From: Eledone cirrhosa
Lineage: Eukaryota
Length of the DNA: 64,000 bases
Assembly (NCBI GenBank): GCA_964016885.1
Contig: OZ024740.1
Coordinates: 16,740,001-16,804,000, forward strand
Direction: 5' to 3'
Below, piece after piece: positions 39,960 through 55,500 of this stretch; position 1 is the stretch's first letter; each line of letters opens with the position of its first letter. The position numbers and the translations under genes are program-made. The notes under the pieces were generated by a model, which saw only the letters and a program-made list of their open reading frames with translations, was not told where the DNA came from and did not search any database.

Positions 39960-42060
39960 TTTACAGGGAGATATCAGTGTAAATATGGTGGCTTCTAGAC
40001 AGAGCTTTACAGGGAGACATCAGTGTAAATATGGTGGCATCTGGACAGATGTTTACAGGGAGACATCAGTGTAAATATGGTGGCTTCTAGACAGAGCTTT
40101 GCAGTGAGACATCAGTGTAAATATGGTGGCTCTGGACATAGGTTTACAGGGAGACATCAGAGTAAATATGGTGGCTTCTAGACAGAGGTTTACAGGAAGG
40201 CATCAGTGTAAATATGGTGGCATCTGGACAGAGGTTTACAAGGAGACATCAGTGTAAATATGGTGGCTTCTGGATAGAGATTTACAGAGAGACATTAGTG
40301 TAAATATGGTGGCTTCTAGCCAGAGCTTTACAGGGAGATATCAGAGTAAATATGGTGGCTTCTGGACAGAGTTTTACAGGTAGACATCAGTGTAAATATG
40401 GTGGCTTCTAGACAGAGGTTTACAGGGAGACATCAGTGTAAATATGGTGGCTTCTAGACGGAGGTTTACAGGGAGATATCAGTGTAAATATGGTGTCTTC
40501 TGGACAGAGGTTTACAGGGAGATATCAGAGTAAATATGGTGACTTCTAGACAAAGCTTTACAGGGAGACATCAGTGTAAATATGGTGGCTTCTAGACAGA
40601 GGTTTACTGGGAGACATCAGTGTAAATATGGTGGCTTCTAGACAAAGCTTTACAGGGAGACATCAGTGTAAATATGGTGGCTTCTAGACAGCTTTACAGG
40701 GAGACATCAGTGTAAATATGGTGTCTTCTAGACAGAGCTTTACAGGGAGACATCAGTGTAAAAATGGTTGCTTCTGGATAGAGGTTTACAGGGAGACATC
40801 AGTGTAAATATGGTGGCTTCTGGACAGAAGTTTACAGGGAGACATCAGTGTAAATATGTTGGCTTCTAGGCAGAGGTTTACAGGGAGACATCAGTGTAAA
40901 TATGGTGGCTTCTGGATAGAGGTTTACAGGGAGACATCAGTGTAAATGTGATGGCATCTGGACAAAGGTTTACAGGGAGACATCAGTGTAAATATGGTGG
41001 CTTCTGGACAGATGTTTACAGGGAGACATCAGTGTAAATATGGTGGCTTCTGGACAGAGCTTTACAGGGAGATATCAGTGTAAATATGGTGGCTTCTAGA
41101 CAGAGCTTTACAGGGAGACATCAGTGTAAATATGGTGGCATCTGGACAGATGTTTACAGGGAGACATCAGTGTAAATATGGTGGCTTCTAGACAGAGCTT
41201 TGCAGGGAGACATCAGTGTAAATATGGTGGCTCTGGACATAGGTTTACAGGGAGACATCAGAGTAAATATGGTGGCTTCTAGACAGAGGTTTACAGGAAG
41301 ACATCAGTGTAAATATGGTGGCATCTGGACAGAGGTTTACAAGGAGACATCAGTGTAAATATGGTGGCTTCTGGATAGAGCTTTACAGAGAGACATTAGT
41401 GTAAATATGGTGGCTTCTAGACAGAGCTTTACAGGGAGATATCAGAGTAAATATGGTGGCTTCTGGACAGAGGTTTACAGGGAGACATCAGTGTAAATAT
41501 GGTGGCTTCTAGACAGAGGTTTACAGGGAGACATCAGTGTAAATATGGTGGCTTCTAGACGGAGGTTTACAGGGAGATATCAGTGTAAATATGGTGTCTT
41601 CTGGACAGAGGTTTACAGGGAGATATCAGAGTAAATATGGTGGCTTCTAGACAGAGGTTTACTGGGAGACATCAGTGTAACTATGGTGGCTTCTAGACAA
41701 AGCTTTACAGGGAGACATCAGTGTAAATATGGTGGCTTCTAGACAGAGCTTTACAGGGAGACATCAGTGTAAATATGGTGGCTTCTAGACAGAGCTTTAC
41801 AGGGAGACATCAGTGTAAAAATGGTTGCTTCTGGATAGAGGTTTACAGGGAGACATCAGTGTAAATATGGTGGCTTCTGGACAGAAGTTTACAGGGAGAC
41901 ATCAGTGTAAATATGTTGGCTTCTAGGCAGAGGTTTACAGGGAGACATCTGTGTAAATATGGTGGCTTCTGGATAGAGGTTTACAGGGAGACATCAGTGT
42001 AAATGTGATGGCATCTGGACAAAGGTTTACAGGGAGACATCAGTGTAAATATGGTGGCTT
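39960..42060 (+). repeat. Tandem duplication of a ~24-monomer (1101 bp) segment
   Basis: The 1-bp-deleted GGCTCTGGACATAGG monomer has TCTGGACAT at 40131 and 41232 (1101 = 24x46-3). Shared CTAGGCAG near 40865/41923 and ATGTGATGGC near 40946/42003 indicate one monomer fewer in the second copy. Confidence 0.8.
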
Positions 42061-45000
42061 CTGGACAGAGGTTTACAGGGAGTCATCAGTGTGAATATGA
42101 TGGCTTCTGGACAGAGCTTTACAGGGAGACATCAGTGTAAATATGGTGGCTTCTGGACAGATGTTTACAGGGAGACATCAGTGTAAATATGGTGGGTCCT
42201 AGACAGGTTTATAGGGAAACATCTGTGTAAATATGGTGGCTTCTGGACAGAGGTTTACAGGGAGACATCAGTGTAAATACGGTGGCTTCTAGACAGGTTT
42301 ACTGGGAAACATCAGTGTAAATATCGTGGCTTCTAGACAAAGCTTTACAGGGAGACATCAGTGTAAATATTATGGCTTCTAGACAGAGCTTTACAAGGAG
42401 ATATCAGTGTAAATATGGTGGCTTCTAGACAGAGCTTTACAGGGAGACATCAGTGTAAATATGGTGGCTTATGTACAGAGGTTTACAGGGAGTCATCAGT
42501 GTAAATATGGTGGCTTCTAGACAGAGCTTTACAGGGAGATATCAGAGTAAATATGGTGGCTTCTAGACAAAGCTTTACAGGGAGACATCATTGTAAATAT
42601 GGTGGCTTCTAGACAGGTTTACTGGGAGACATCAGTGTAAATATCATGGCTTCTAGACAAAGCTTTACAGGGAGACATCAGTGTAAATATGGTGGCTTCT
42701 AGACAGAGCTTTACAGGGAGACATCAGTGTAAATATGGTGGCTTCTAGACAGAGCTTTACAGGGAGACATCAGTCTAAATATGGTGGCTTCTAGACAGAG
42801 CTTTGCAGGGAGACATCAGTGTAAATATGGTGGCTTCTGGACAGAGGTTTACAGGGAGACATCAGAGTAAATATGTTGGCTTCTAGACAGAGGTTTACAG
42901 GGAGACATCAGTGTAAATATGGTGGCATCTGGACAGATGTTTACAGGGAGACATCAGTGTAAATATGGTGGCTTCTAGACAGAGCTTTGCAGGGAGACAT
43001 CAGTGTAAATATGGTGGCTTCTGGACAGAGGTTTACAGGGAGACATCAGAGTAAATATGGTGGCTTCTAGACAGAGGTTTACAGGAAGACATCAGTGTAA
43101 ATATGGTGGCATCTGGACAGAGGTTTACAGGGAGACGTCAGTGTAATTATGGTGGCTTCTGGATAGAGCTTTACAGAGAGACATTAGTGTAAATATGGTG
43201 GCTTCTAGACAGAGCTTTACAGGGAGATATCAGAGTAAATATAGTGTCTTCTGGACAGAGGTTTACAGGGAGACATCAGTGTAAATATGGTGGCTTCTAG
43301 ACAGAGCTTTACAGGGAGATATCAGTGTAAATATGGTGGCTTCTGGACAGAGGTTTACAAGGAGACATCAGTGTAAATATGGTGGTTTCTAGACAGAGCT
43401 TTACAGGGAGACATTAGTGTATATATATTGGCTTCTAGACAGAGCTTTACAGGGAGATATCATTGTAAATATGGTGGCTTCTAGACAGAGCTTTACAGGG
43501 AGATATCAGAGTAAATATGGTGCCTTCTGGACAGAGGTTTACAGGGAGACATCAGTGTAAATATGGTGGCTTCTGGATAGAGGTTTACAGGGAGACATCA
43601 GTGTAAATATGGTGGCTTCTGGACAGAGGTTTACAGGGAGACATTAGTGTAAATATGCTGGCTTCTGGACAGAGATTTATAGGGAGATATCAGTGTTAAT
43701 ATGGTGGCTTCTGGACAGAGGTTTACAATGAGACATCAGTGTAAATATGGTGTCTTCTAGACAGAGCTTTACAGGGAGACATTAGTGTAAATATGGTGCC
43801 TTCTAGACAGAGCGTTACAGGGAGATATCAGAGTGAATATGGTGGCTTCTGGACAGAGGTTTACAGGGAGATATCAGTGTAAATATGGTGGCTTCTGGAC
43901 AGAGCTTTACAGGGAGACATCAGTTTAAATATGGTGGCTTCTAGAAAGAGGTTTACAGGGAGACATCAGTGTAAATATAGTGGCATCTAGACAGAAGTTT
44001 ACAGGGAGACATCAGTGTAAATATGTTGGCTTCTAGACAGAGATTTACAGGGAGACATTAGAGTAAATATGGTGGCTTCTAGATAGAGATTTACAGGGAG
44101 ACATCTGTGTAAATATGGTGGCTTCTGGACAGAGGTTTACAGGGAGATATCAGTGTAAATATAGTGGCATCTAGACAGAGGTTTACAGGGAGACATCAGT
44201 GTAAATATGGTGGCTTCTAGACAGAGCTTTACAGGGAGATATCAGAGTAAATATGGTGGCTTCTAGACAAAGCATTACAGGGAGACATCAGTGTAAATAT
44301 GGTGGCTTCTAGACAGAGGTTTACTGGGAGACATCAGTGTAAATATGGTGGCTTCTAGACAAAGCTTTACAGGGAGACATCAGTGTAAATATGGAGGCTT
44401 CTAGAAAGAGCTTTACAGGGAGACATCAGTGTAAATATGGTGGCTTCTGGACAGACGTTTACAGGGAGATATTAGTGTAAATATGGTGGCTTCTGGACAG
44501 AGCTTTACAGGGAGATATCAGTTTAAATATGGTGGCTTCTAGAAAGAGGTTTACAGGGAGACATCAGTGTAAATATAGTGGCTTCTAGACAGAAGTTTAC
44601 AGGGAGACATCAGTGTAAATATGGTGGCTTCTAGACGGAGGTTTACAGGGAGATATCAGTGTAAATATGGTGTCTTCTGGACAGAGGTTTCCAGGGAGAT
44701 ATCAGTGTAAATATGGTGTCTTCTGGACAGAGCTTTACAGGGAGATATCAGAGTAAATATGGTGGCTTCTGGACAGAGCTTTACAGGGAGATTTCAGAGT
44801 AAATATGGTGGCTTCTAGACAGAGCTTTACAGGGAGACATCAGTGTAAATATAGTGGCTTCTGGAGAGAGGATTACAGGGAGACATCAGTGTAAATATGT
44901 TGGCTTCTAGACAGAGATTTACAGGGAGACATCAGAGTAAATATGGTGGCTTCTAGAGAGAGGTTTACAGGGAGACTTCAGTGTAAATATGGTGGCTTCT

Positions 45001-47929
45001 AGACAGAGATTTACAGGGAGACATCTGTGTAAATATGGTGGCTTCTGGACAGAGGTTTACAGTGAGATATCAGTGTAAATATAGTGGCATCTAGACAGAG
45101 GTTTACAGGGAGACATCAGTGTAAATATGGTGGCTTCTAGACAGAGCTTTACAGGGAGATATCAGAGTAAATATGGTGGCTTCTAGACAAAGCATTACAG
45201 GGAGACATCAGTGTAAATATGGTGGCTTCTAGACAGAGGTTTACAGGGAGACATCAGTGTAAATATGGTGGCTTCTAGACAAAGCTTTACAGGGAGACAT
45301 CAGTGTAAATATGGTGGCTTCTAGAAAGAGCTTTACAGGGAGACATCAGTGTAAATATGGTGGCTTCTGGACAGAGGTTTACAGGGAGATATCAGTGTAA
45401 ATATGGTGGCTTCTAGACAGAGCTTTGCAGGGAGACATCAGTGTAAATATGGTGGCTTCTGGACAGAGGTTAACAGGGAGACATCAGAGTAAATATGGTG
45501 GCTTCTAGACAGAGCTTTACAGGGAGACATCAGTGTAAATATGGTGGCTTCTAGACAGAGCTTTACAGGGAGACATCAGTGTAAATATGGTGGCTTCTAG
45601 ACGGAAGTTTACAGGGAGACATCAGTGTAAATATGGTGTCTTCTGGACTGAGCTTTACAGGGAGACATTAGTGTAAATATGGTGGCTTCTAGACAGAGCT
45701 TTACAGGGAGATATCAGAGTAAATATGGTGGCTTCTGGACAGAGGTTTACAGGGAGACATCAGTGTAAATATGGTGGCTTCTAGACGGAGGTTTACAGGG
45801 AGATATCAGTGTAAATATGGTGTCTTCTGGACAGAGGTTTACAGGGAGATATCAGAGTAAATATGGTGGCTTCTAGACAAAGCTTTACAGGGAGACATCA
45901 GTGTAAATATGGTGGCTTCTTGACAGAGGTTTACTGGGAGACATCAGTGTAAATATGGTGGCTTCTAGACAAAGCTTTACAGGGAGACATCAGTGTAAAT
46001 ATTGTGGCTTCTAGACAGAGCTTTACAGGGAGACATCAGTGTAAATATGGTGGCTTCTAGACAGAGCTTTACAGGGAGACATCAGTGTAAAAATGGTTGC
46101 TTCTGGACAGAGGTTTACAGGGAGTCATCAGTGTAAATATGGTGGCTTCTGGACAGAAGTTTACAGGGAGACATCAGTGTAAATATGTTGGCTTCTAGAC
46201 AGAGGTTTACAGGGAGACATCAGTGTAAATATGGTGGATTCTGGATAGAGGTTTACAGGGAGACATCAGTGTAAATATGGTGGCTTCTGGAGAGAGGATT
46301 ACAGGGTGTCATCAGTGTGAATATGGTGGCTTCTGGACAGAGCTTTACCGGGAGATATCAGTGTAAATATGGTGGCTTTTGGACAGAGCTTTACAGGGAG
46401 ACATCAGTGTAAATATGGTGGCTTCTGGACAGATGTTTACAGGGAGACATCAGTGTAAATATGGTGCGTCCTAGACAGGTTTACAGGGAGACATCTGTGT
46501 AAATATGGTGGCTTCTGGACAGAGGTTTACAGGGAGACATCAGTGTAAATATGGTGGCTTCTAGACAGGTTTACTGGGAAACATCAGTGTAAATATCGTG
46601 GCTTCTAGACAAAGCTTTACAGGGAGACATCAGTGTAAATATGATGGCTTCTAGACAGAGCTTTACAAGGAGACATCAGTGTAAATATGGTGGCTTCTAG
46701 ACACAGCTTTACAGGGAGACATCAGTGTAAATATGGTGGCTTCTGGACAGAGGTTTACAGGGAGATATCAGTGTAAATATGGTGGCTTCTAGACAGAGTT
46801 TTACAGGGAGACATCAGTGTAAATATGGTGGCATCTGGACAGGTGTTTACAGGGAGACATCAGTGTAAATATGGTGGCTTCTAGACAGAGCTTTGCAGGG
46901 AGACATCAGTGTAAATATGGTGGCTCTGGACATAGGTTTTCAGGGAGACATCAGAGTAAATATGGTGGCTTCTAGACAGAGGTTTACAGGAAGACATCAG
47001 TGTAAATATGGTGGCTTCTAGACAAAGCTTTACAGGGAGACATCAGTGTAAATATGGTGCCTTCTAGACAGAGCTTTACAGGGAGACATCAGTGTAAATA
47101 TGGTGGCTTCTAGACAGAGCTTTACAGGGAGACATCAGTGTAAATATGGTGGCTTCTGGATAGAGGTTTACAGGGAGACATCAGTGTAAATGTGATGGCA
47201 TCTGGACAAAGGTTTACAGGGAGACATCAGTGTAAATATGGTGGCTTCTGGACAGAGGTTTACAGGGAGTCATCAGTGTTAATATGATGGCTTCTGGACA
47301 GAGCTTTACAGGGAGATATCAGTGTAAATATGGTGGCTTCTGGACAGAGCTTTACAGGGAGACATCAGTGTAAATATGGTGGCTTCTGGACAGATGTTTA
47401 CAGAGAGACATCAGTGTAAATATGGTGGGTCCTAGACAGGTTCACAGGGAAACATCTGTGTAAATATGGTGGCTTCTGGACAGAGGTTGACAGGGAGACA
47501 TCAGTGTAAATATGGTGGCTTCTAGACAGGTTTACTGGGAAACATCACTGTAAATATCGTGGCTTCTAGACAAAGCTTTACAGGGAGACATCAGTGTAAA
47601 TATTATGGCTTCTAGACAGAGCTTTACAAGGAGACATCAGTGTAAATATGGTGGCTTCTGGACAGAGGTTTACAGGGAGACATCAGAGTAAATATGGTGG
47701 ATTCTAGACAGAGGTTTACAGGGAGACATCAGTGTAAATATGGTGGCTTCTAGACGGAGGTTTACAGGGAGATATCAGTGTAAATATGGTGTCTTCTGGA
47801 CAGAGCTTTACAGGGAGACATCAGTGTAAATATGGTGGCTTCTAGACATAGCTTTACAGGGAGACATCAATGTAAAAATGGTTGCTTCTGGACAGAGGTT
47901 TACAGGGAGTCATCAGTGTAAATATGGTG

Positions 47930-50900
47930 GCTTCTGGACAGAAGTTTACAGGGAGACATCAGTGTAAATATGTTGGCTTCTAGACAGAGGTTTACAGGGA
48001 GACATCAGTGTAAATATGGTGGCTTCTGGATAGAGGTTTACAGGGAGACATCAGTGTAAATATGGTGGCTTCTGGAGAGTGGTTTACAGGGAGTCATCAG
48101 TGTGAATATGATGGCTTCTGGACAGAGCTTTACAGGGAGACATCAGTGTAAATATGGTGGCTTCTGGACAGATGTTTACAGGGAGACATCAGTGTAAATA
48201 TGGTGGGTCCTAGACAGGTTTACAGGGAAACATCTGTGTAAATATGGTGGCTTCTGGACAGAGGTTTACAGGGAGACATCAGTGTAAATATGGTGGCTTC
48301 TAGACAGGTTTACTGGGAAACATCAGTGTAAATATCGTGGCTTCTAGACAAAGCTTTACAGGGAGACATCAGTGTAAATATTATGGCTTCTAGACAGAGC
48401 TTTACAAGGAGACATCAGTGTAAATATGGTGGCTTCTAGACAGAGCTTTACAGGGAGACATCAGTGTAAATATGGTGGCTTATGTACAGAGGTTTACAGG
48501 GAGTCATCAGTGTAAATATGGTGGCTTCTAGACAGAGCTTTACAGGGAGATATCAGAGTAAATATGGTGGCTTCTAGACAAAGCTTTACAGGGAGACATC
48601 AGTGTAAATATGGTGGCTTCTAGACAGGTTTACTGGGAGACATCAGTGTAAATATCGTGGCTTCTAGACAAAGCTTTACAGGGAGACATCAGTGTAAATA
48701 TGGTGGCTTCTAGACAGAGCTTTACAGGGAGACATCAGTGTAAATATGGTGGCTTCTAGACAGAGCTTTACAGGGAGACATCAGTGTAAATATTGTGGCT
48801 TCTAGACAGAGCTTTGCAGGGAGACATCAGTGTAAATATGGTGGCTTCTGGACAGAGGTTTACAGGGAGACATCAGAGTAAATATGGTGGCTTCTAGACA
48901 GAGGTTTACAGGGAGACATCAGTGTAAATATGGTGGCATCTGGACAGATGTTTACAGGGAGACATCAGTGTAAATATGGTGGCTTCTAGACAGAGCTTTG
49001 CAGGGAGACATCAGTGTAAATATGGTGGCTTCTGGACAGAGGTTTACAGGGAGACATCAGAGTAAATATGGTGGCTTCTAGACAGAGGTTTACAGGAAGA
49101 CATCAGTGTAAATATGGTGGCATCTGGACAGAGGTTTACAGGGAGACGTCAGTGTAATTATGGTGGCTTCTGGATCGAGCTTTACAGAGAGACATTAGTG
49201 TAAATATGGTGGCTTCTAGACAGAGCTTTACAGGGAGGTATCAGAGTAAATATAGTCTCTTCTGGACAGAGGTTTACAGGGAGACATCAGTGTAAATATG
49301 GTGGCTTCTAGACAGAGCTTTACAGGGAGATATCAGTGTAAATATGGTGGCTTCTGGACAGAGGTTTACAAGGAGACATCAGTGTAAATATGGTGGCTTC
49401 TAGACAGAGCTTTACAGGGAGACATTAGTGTATATATATTGGCTTCTAGACAGAGCTTTACAGGGAGATATCATTGTAAATATGGTGGCTTCTAGACAGA
49501 GCTTTACAGGGAGATATCAGAGTAAATATGGTGCCTTCTGGACAGAGGTTTACAGGGAGACATCAGTGTAAATATGGTGGCTTCTGGATAGAGGTTTACA
49601 GGGAGACATCAGTGTAAATATGGTGGATTCTGGACAGAGGTTTACAGGGAGACATTAGTGTAAATATGCTGGCTTCTGGACAGAGATTTATAGGGAGATA
49701 TCAGTGTTAATATGGTGGCTTCTGGACAGAGGTTTACGATGAGACATCAGTGTAAATATGGTGTCTTCTAGACAGAGCTTTACAGGGAGACATTAGTGTA
49801 AATATGGTGCCTTCTAGACAGAGCGTTACAGGGAGATATCAGAGTGAATATGGTGGCTTCTGGACAGAGCTTTACAGGGAGACATCAGTTTAAATATGGT
49901 GGCTTCTAGAAAGAGGTTTACAGGGAGACATCAGTGTAAATATGTTGGCTTCTAGACAGAGATTTACAGGGAGACATCAGAGTAAATATGGTGGCTTCTA
50001 GATAGAGATTTACAGGGAGACATCTGTGTAAATATGGTGGCTTCTGGACAGAGGTTTACAGGGAGATATCAGTGTAAATATAGTGGCATCTAGACAGAGG
50101 TTTACAGGGAGACATCAGTGTAAATATGGTGGCTTCTAGACAGAGCTTTACAGGGAGATATCAGAGTAAATATGGTGGCTTCTAGACAAAGCATTACAGG
50201 GAGACATCAGTGTAAATATGCTGGCTTCTGGACAGAAGTTTACAGGGAGACATCAGTGTAAATATGTTGGCTTCTAGACAGAGGTTTACAGGGAGACATC
50301 AGTGTAAATATGGTGGCTTCTGGATAGAGGTTTACAGGGAGACATCAGTGTAAATATGGTGGCTTCTGGAGAGTGGTTTACAGGGAGTCATCAGTGTGAA
50401 TATGATGGCTTCTGGACAGAGCTTTACAGGGAGACATCAGTGTAAATATGGTGGCTTCTGGACAGATGTTTACAGGGAGACATCAGTGTAAATATGGTGG
50501 GTCCTAGACAGGTTTACAGGGAAAAATCTGTGTAAATATGGTGGCTTCTGGACAGAGGTTTACAGGGAGACATCAGTGTAAATATGGTGGCTTCTAGACA
50601 GGTTTACTGGGAAACATCAGTGTAAATATCGTCGCTTCTAGACAAAGCTTTACAGGGAGACATCAGTGTAAATATTATGGCTTCTAGACAGAGCTTTACA
50701 AGGAGACATCAGTGTAAATATGGTGGCTTCTAGACAGAGCTTTACAGGGAGACATCAGTGTAAATATGGTGGCTTATGTACAGAGGTTTACAGGGAGTCA
50801 TCAGTGTAAATATGGTGGCTTCTAGACAGAGCTTTACAGGGAGATATCAGAGTAAATATGGTGGCTTCTAGACAAAGCTTTACAGGGAGACATCAGTGTA

Positions 50901-52560
50901 AATATGGTGGCTTCTAGACAGGTTTACTGGGAGACATCAGTGTAAATATCGTGGCTTCTAGACAAAGCTTTACAGGGAGACATCAGTGTAAATATGGTGG
51001 CTTCTAGACAGAGCTTTACAGGGAGACATCAGTGTAAATATGGTGGCTTCTAGACAGAGCTTTACAGGGAGACATCAGTGTAAATATGGTGGCTTCTAGA
51101 CAGAGCTTTGCAGGGAGACATCAGTGTAAATATGGTGGCTTCTGGACAGAGGTTTACAGGGAGACATCAGAGTAAATATGGTGGCTTCTAGACAGAGGTT
51201 TACAGGGAGACATCAGTGTAAATATGGTGGCATCTGGACAGATGTTTACAGGGAGACATCAGTGTAAATATGGTGGCTTCTAGACAGAGCTTTGCAGGGA
51301 GACATCAGTGTAAATATGGTGGCTTCTGGACAGAGGTTTACAGGGAGACATCAGAGTAAATATGGTGGCTTCTAGACAGAGGTTTACAGGAAGACATCAG
51401 TGTAAATATGGTGGCATCTGGACAGAGGTTTACAGGGAGACGTCAGTGTAAATATGGTGGCTTCTGGATCGAGCTTTACAGAGAGACATTAGTGTAAATA
51501 TGGTGGCTTCTAGACAGAGCTTTACAGGGAGGTATCAGAGTAAATATAGTCTCTTCTGGACAGAGGTTTACAGGGAGACATCAGTGTAAATATGGTGGCT
51601 TCTAGACAGAGCTTTACAGGGAGATATCAGTGTAAATATGGTGGCTTCTGGACAGAGGTTTACAAGGAGACATCAGTGTAAATATGGTGGCTTCTAGACA
51701 GAGCTTTACAGGGAGACATTAGTGTATATATATTGGCTTCTAGACAGAGCTTTACAGGGAGATATCATTGTAAATATGGTGGCTTCTAGACAGAGCTTTA
51801 CAGGGAGATATCAGAGTAAATATGGTGCCTTCTGGACAGAGGTTTACAGGGAGACATCAGTGTAAATATGGTGGCTTCTGGATAGAGGTTTACAGGGAGA
51901 CATCAGTGTAAATATGGTGGATTCTGGACAGAGGTTTACAGGGAGACATTAGTGTAAATATGCTGGCTTCTGGACAGAGATTTATAGGGAGATATCAGTG
52001 TTAATATGGTGGCTTCTGGACAGAGGTTTACAATGAGACATCAGTGTAAATATGGTGTCTTCTAGACAGAGCTTTACAGGGAGACATTAGTGTAAATATG
52101 GTGCCTTCTAGACAGAGCGTTACAGGGAGATATCAGAGTGAATATGGTGGCTTCTGGACAGAGGTTTACAGGGAGATATCAGTGTAAATATGGTGGCTTC
52201 TGGACAGAGCTTTACAGGGAGACATCAGTTTAAATATGGTGGCTTCTAGAAAGAGGTTTACAGGGAGACATCAGTGTAAATATGTTGGCTTCTAGACAGA
52301 GATTTACAGGGAGACATCAGAGTAAATATGGTGGCTTCTAGATAGAGATTTACAGGGAGACATCTATGTAAATATGGTGGCTTCTGGACAGAGGTTTACA
52401 GGGAGATATCAGTGTAAATATAGTGGCATCTAGACAGAGGTTTACAGGGAGACATCAGTGTAAATATGGTGGCTTCTAGACAGAGCTTTACAGGGAGATA
52501 TCAGAGTAAATATGGTGGCTTCTAGACAAAGCATTACAGGGAGACATCAGTGTAAATATG
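47930..52560 (+). repeat. Tandem duplication of a 50-monomer (2294 bp) segment
   Basis: TGGATCGAGC at 49171/51465 and GTATATATAT at 49430/51724 (offset 2294 = 50x46-6). Also shared: GAGGTATCAG, TATAGTCTCT, GCTTATGTAC. Confidence 0.9.
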
Positions 52561-55500
52561 GTGGCTTCTAGACAAAGCTTTACAGGGAGACATCAGTGTA
52601 AATATGGTGGCTTCTAGAAAGAGCTTTACAGGGAGACATCAGTGTAAATATGGTGGCTTCTGGACAGAGGTTTACAGGGAGATATTAGTGTAAATATGGT
52701 GGCTTCTGGACAGAGCTTTACAGGGAGACATCAGTGTAAATATGGTGGCTTCTGGACAGAAGTTTACAGGGAGACATCAGTGTAAATATGTTGGCTTCTA
52801 GACAGAGGTTTACAGGGAGACATCAGTGTAAATATGGTGGCTTCTGGATAGAGGTTTACAGGGAGACATCAGTGTAAATATGGTGGCTTCTGGAGAGAGG
52901 ATTACAGGGTGTCATCAGTGTGAATATGGTGGCTTCTGGACAGAGCTTTACAGGGAGATATCAGTGTAAATATGGTGGCTTCTGGACAGAGCTTTACAGG
53001 GAGACATCAGTGTAAATATGGTGGCTTCTGGACAGATGTTTACAGGGAGACATCAGTGTAAATATGGTGCGTCCTAGACAGGTTTACAGGGAGACATCTG
53101 TGTAAATATGGTGGCTTCTGGACAGAGGTTTACAGGGAGACATCAGTGTAAATATGGTGGCTTCTAGACAGGTTTACTGGGAAACATCAGTGTAAATATC
53201 GTGGCTTCTAGACAAAGCTTTACTGGGAGACATCAGTGTAAATATGATGGCTTCTAGACAGAGCTTTACAAGGAGACATCAGTGTAAATATGGTGGCTTC
53301 TAGACACAGCTTTACAGGGAGACATCAGTGTAAATATGGTGGCTTCTGGACAGAGGTTTACAGGGAGATATCAGTGTAAATATGGTGGCTTCTAGACAGA
53401 GCTTTACAGGGAGACATCAGTGTAAATATGGTGGCATCTGGACAGATGTTTACAGGGAGACATCAGTGTAAATATGGTGGCTTCTAGACAGAGCTTTACG
53501 GGGAGACATCAGTGTAAATATGGTGGCTCTGGACATAGGTTTACAGGGAGACATCAGAGTAAATATGGTGGCTTCTAGACAGAGGTTTACAGGGAGACAT
53601 CAGTGTAAATATGGTGGCTTCTAGACGGAGGTTTACAGGGAGATATCAGTGTAAATATGGTGTCTTCTGGACAGAGGTTTACAGGGAGATATCAGAGTAA
53701 ATATGGTGGCTTCTAGACAAAGCTTTACAGGGAGACATCAGCGTAAATATGGTGGCTTCTAGACAGAGGTTTACTGGGAGACATCAGTGTAAATATGGTG
53801 GCTTCTAGACAAAGCTTTACAGGGAGACATCAGTGTAAATATGGTGGCTTCTAGACAGAGCTTTACAGGGAGACATCAGTGTAAATATGGTGGCTTCTAG
53901 ACAGAGCTTTACAGGGAGACATCAGTGTAAAAATGGTTGCTTCTGGATAGAGGTTTACAGGGAGACATCAGTGTAAATATGGTGGCTTCTGGACAGAAGT
54001 TTACAGGGAGACATCAGTGTAAATATGTTGGCTTCTAGACAGATGTTTACAGGGAGACATCAGTGTAAATATGGTGGCTTCTGGATAGAGGTTTACAGGG
54101 AGACATCAGTGTAAATGTGATGGCATCTGGACAAAGGTTTACAGGGAGACATCAGTGTAAATATGGTGGCTTCTGGACAGAGGTTTACAGGGAGATATCA
54201 GTGTAAATATGGTGGCTTCTGGACAGAGCTTTACAGGGAGACATCAGTGTAAATATGGTGGCTTCTGGACAGATGTTTACAGGGAGACATCAGTGTAAAT
54301 ATGGTGGCTTCTGGACAGATGTTTACAGGGAGACATCAGTGTAAATATGGTGGGTCCTAGACAGGTTTACAGGGAAACATCTGTGTAAATATGGTGGCTT
54401 ATGGACAGAGGTTTACAGGGAGACATCAGTGTAAATATGGTGGCTTCTAGACAGAGCTTTACAGGGAGACATCAGTGTAGATATGGTGGCTTCTAGACAG
54501 AGCTTTACAGGGAGACATCAGTGTAAATATGGTGGCTTCTAGACAGAGCTTTGCAGGGAGACATCAGTGTAAATATGATGGCTTCTGGACAGAGGTTTAC
54601 AGGGAGGCATCAGAGTAAATATGGTGGCTTCTAGACAGAGGTTTACAGGGAGACATCAGTGTAAATATGGTGGCTTCTAGACGGAGGTTTACAGGGAGAT
54701 ATCAGTGTAAATATGGTGTCTTCTGGACAGAGCTTTACAGGGAGACATCAGTGTAAATATGGTGGCTTCTAGACAGCTTTACAGGGAGACATCAGTGTAA
54801 AAATGGTTGCTTCTGGAGAGTGGTTTACAGGGTGTCATCAGTATGAATATGGTGGCTTCTGGACAGAGCTTTACAGGGAGATATCAGTGTAAATATGGTG
54901 GCTTCTGGACAGAGCTTTACAGGGAGACATCAGTGTAAATATGGTGGCATCTGGACAGAGGTTTACAGGGAGACATCAGTGTAAATATGGTGGCTTCTGG
55001 ATAGAGCTTTACAGAGAGACATTAGTGTAAATATGTTGGCTTCTAGACAGAGGTTTACAGGGAGACATCAGTGTAAATATGGTGGCTTCTGGATAGAGGT
55101 TTACAGGGAGACATCAGTGTAAATATGGTGGCTTCTGGAGAGTGGTTTACAGGGTGTCATCAGTGTGAATATGGTGGCTCTGGACATAGGTTTACAGGGA
55201 GACATCAGAGTAAATATGGTGGCTTCTAGAGAGAGGTTTACAGGAAGACATCAGTGTAAATATGGTGGCATCTGGACAGAGGTTTACAGGGAGACATCAG
55301 TGTAAATATGGTGGCTTCTGGATAGAGCTTTACAGAGAGACATTAGTGTAAATATGGTGGCTTCTAGACAGAGCTTTACAGGGAGATATCAGAGTAAATA
55401 TGGTGGCTTCTGGACAGAGGTTTACAGGGAGACATCAGCGTAAATATGGTGGCTTCTAGACAGAGGTTTACAGGGAGACATCAGTGTAAATATGGTGGCT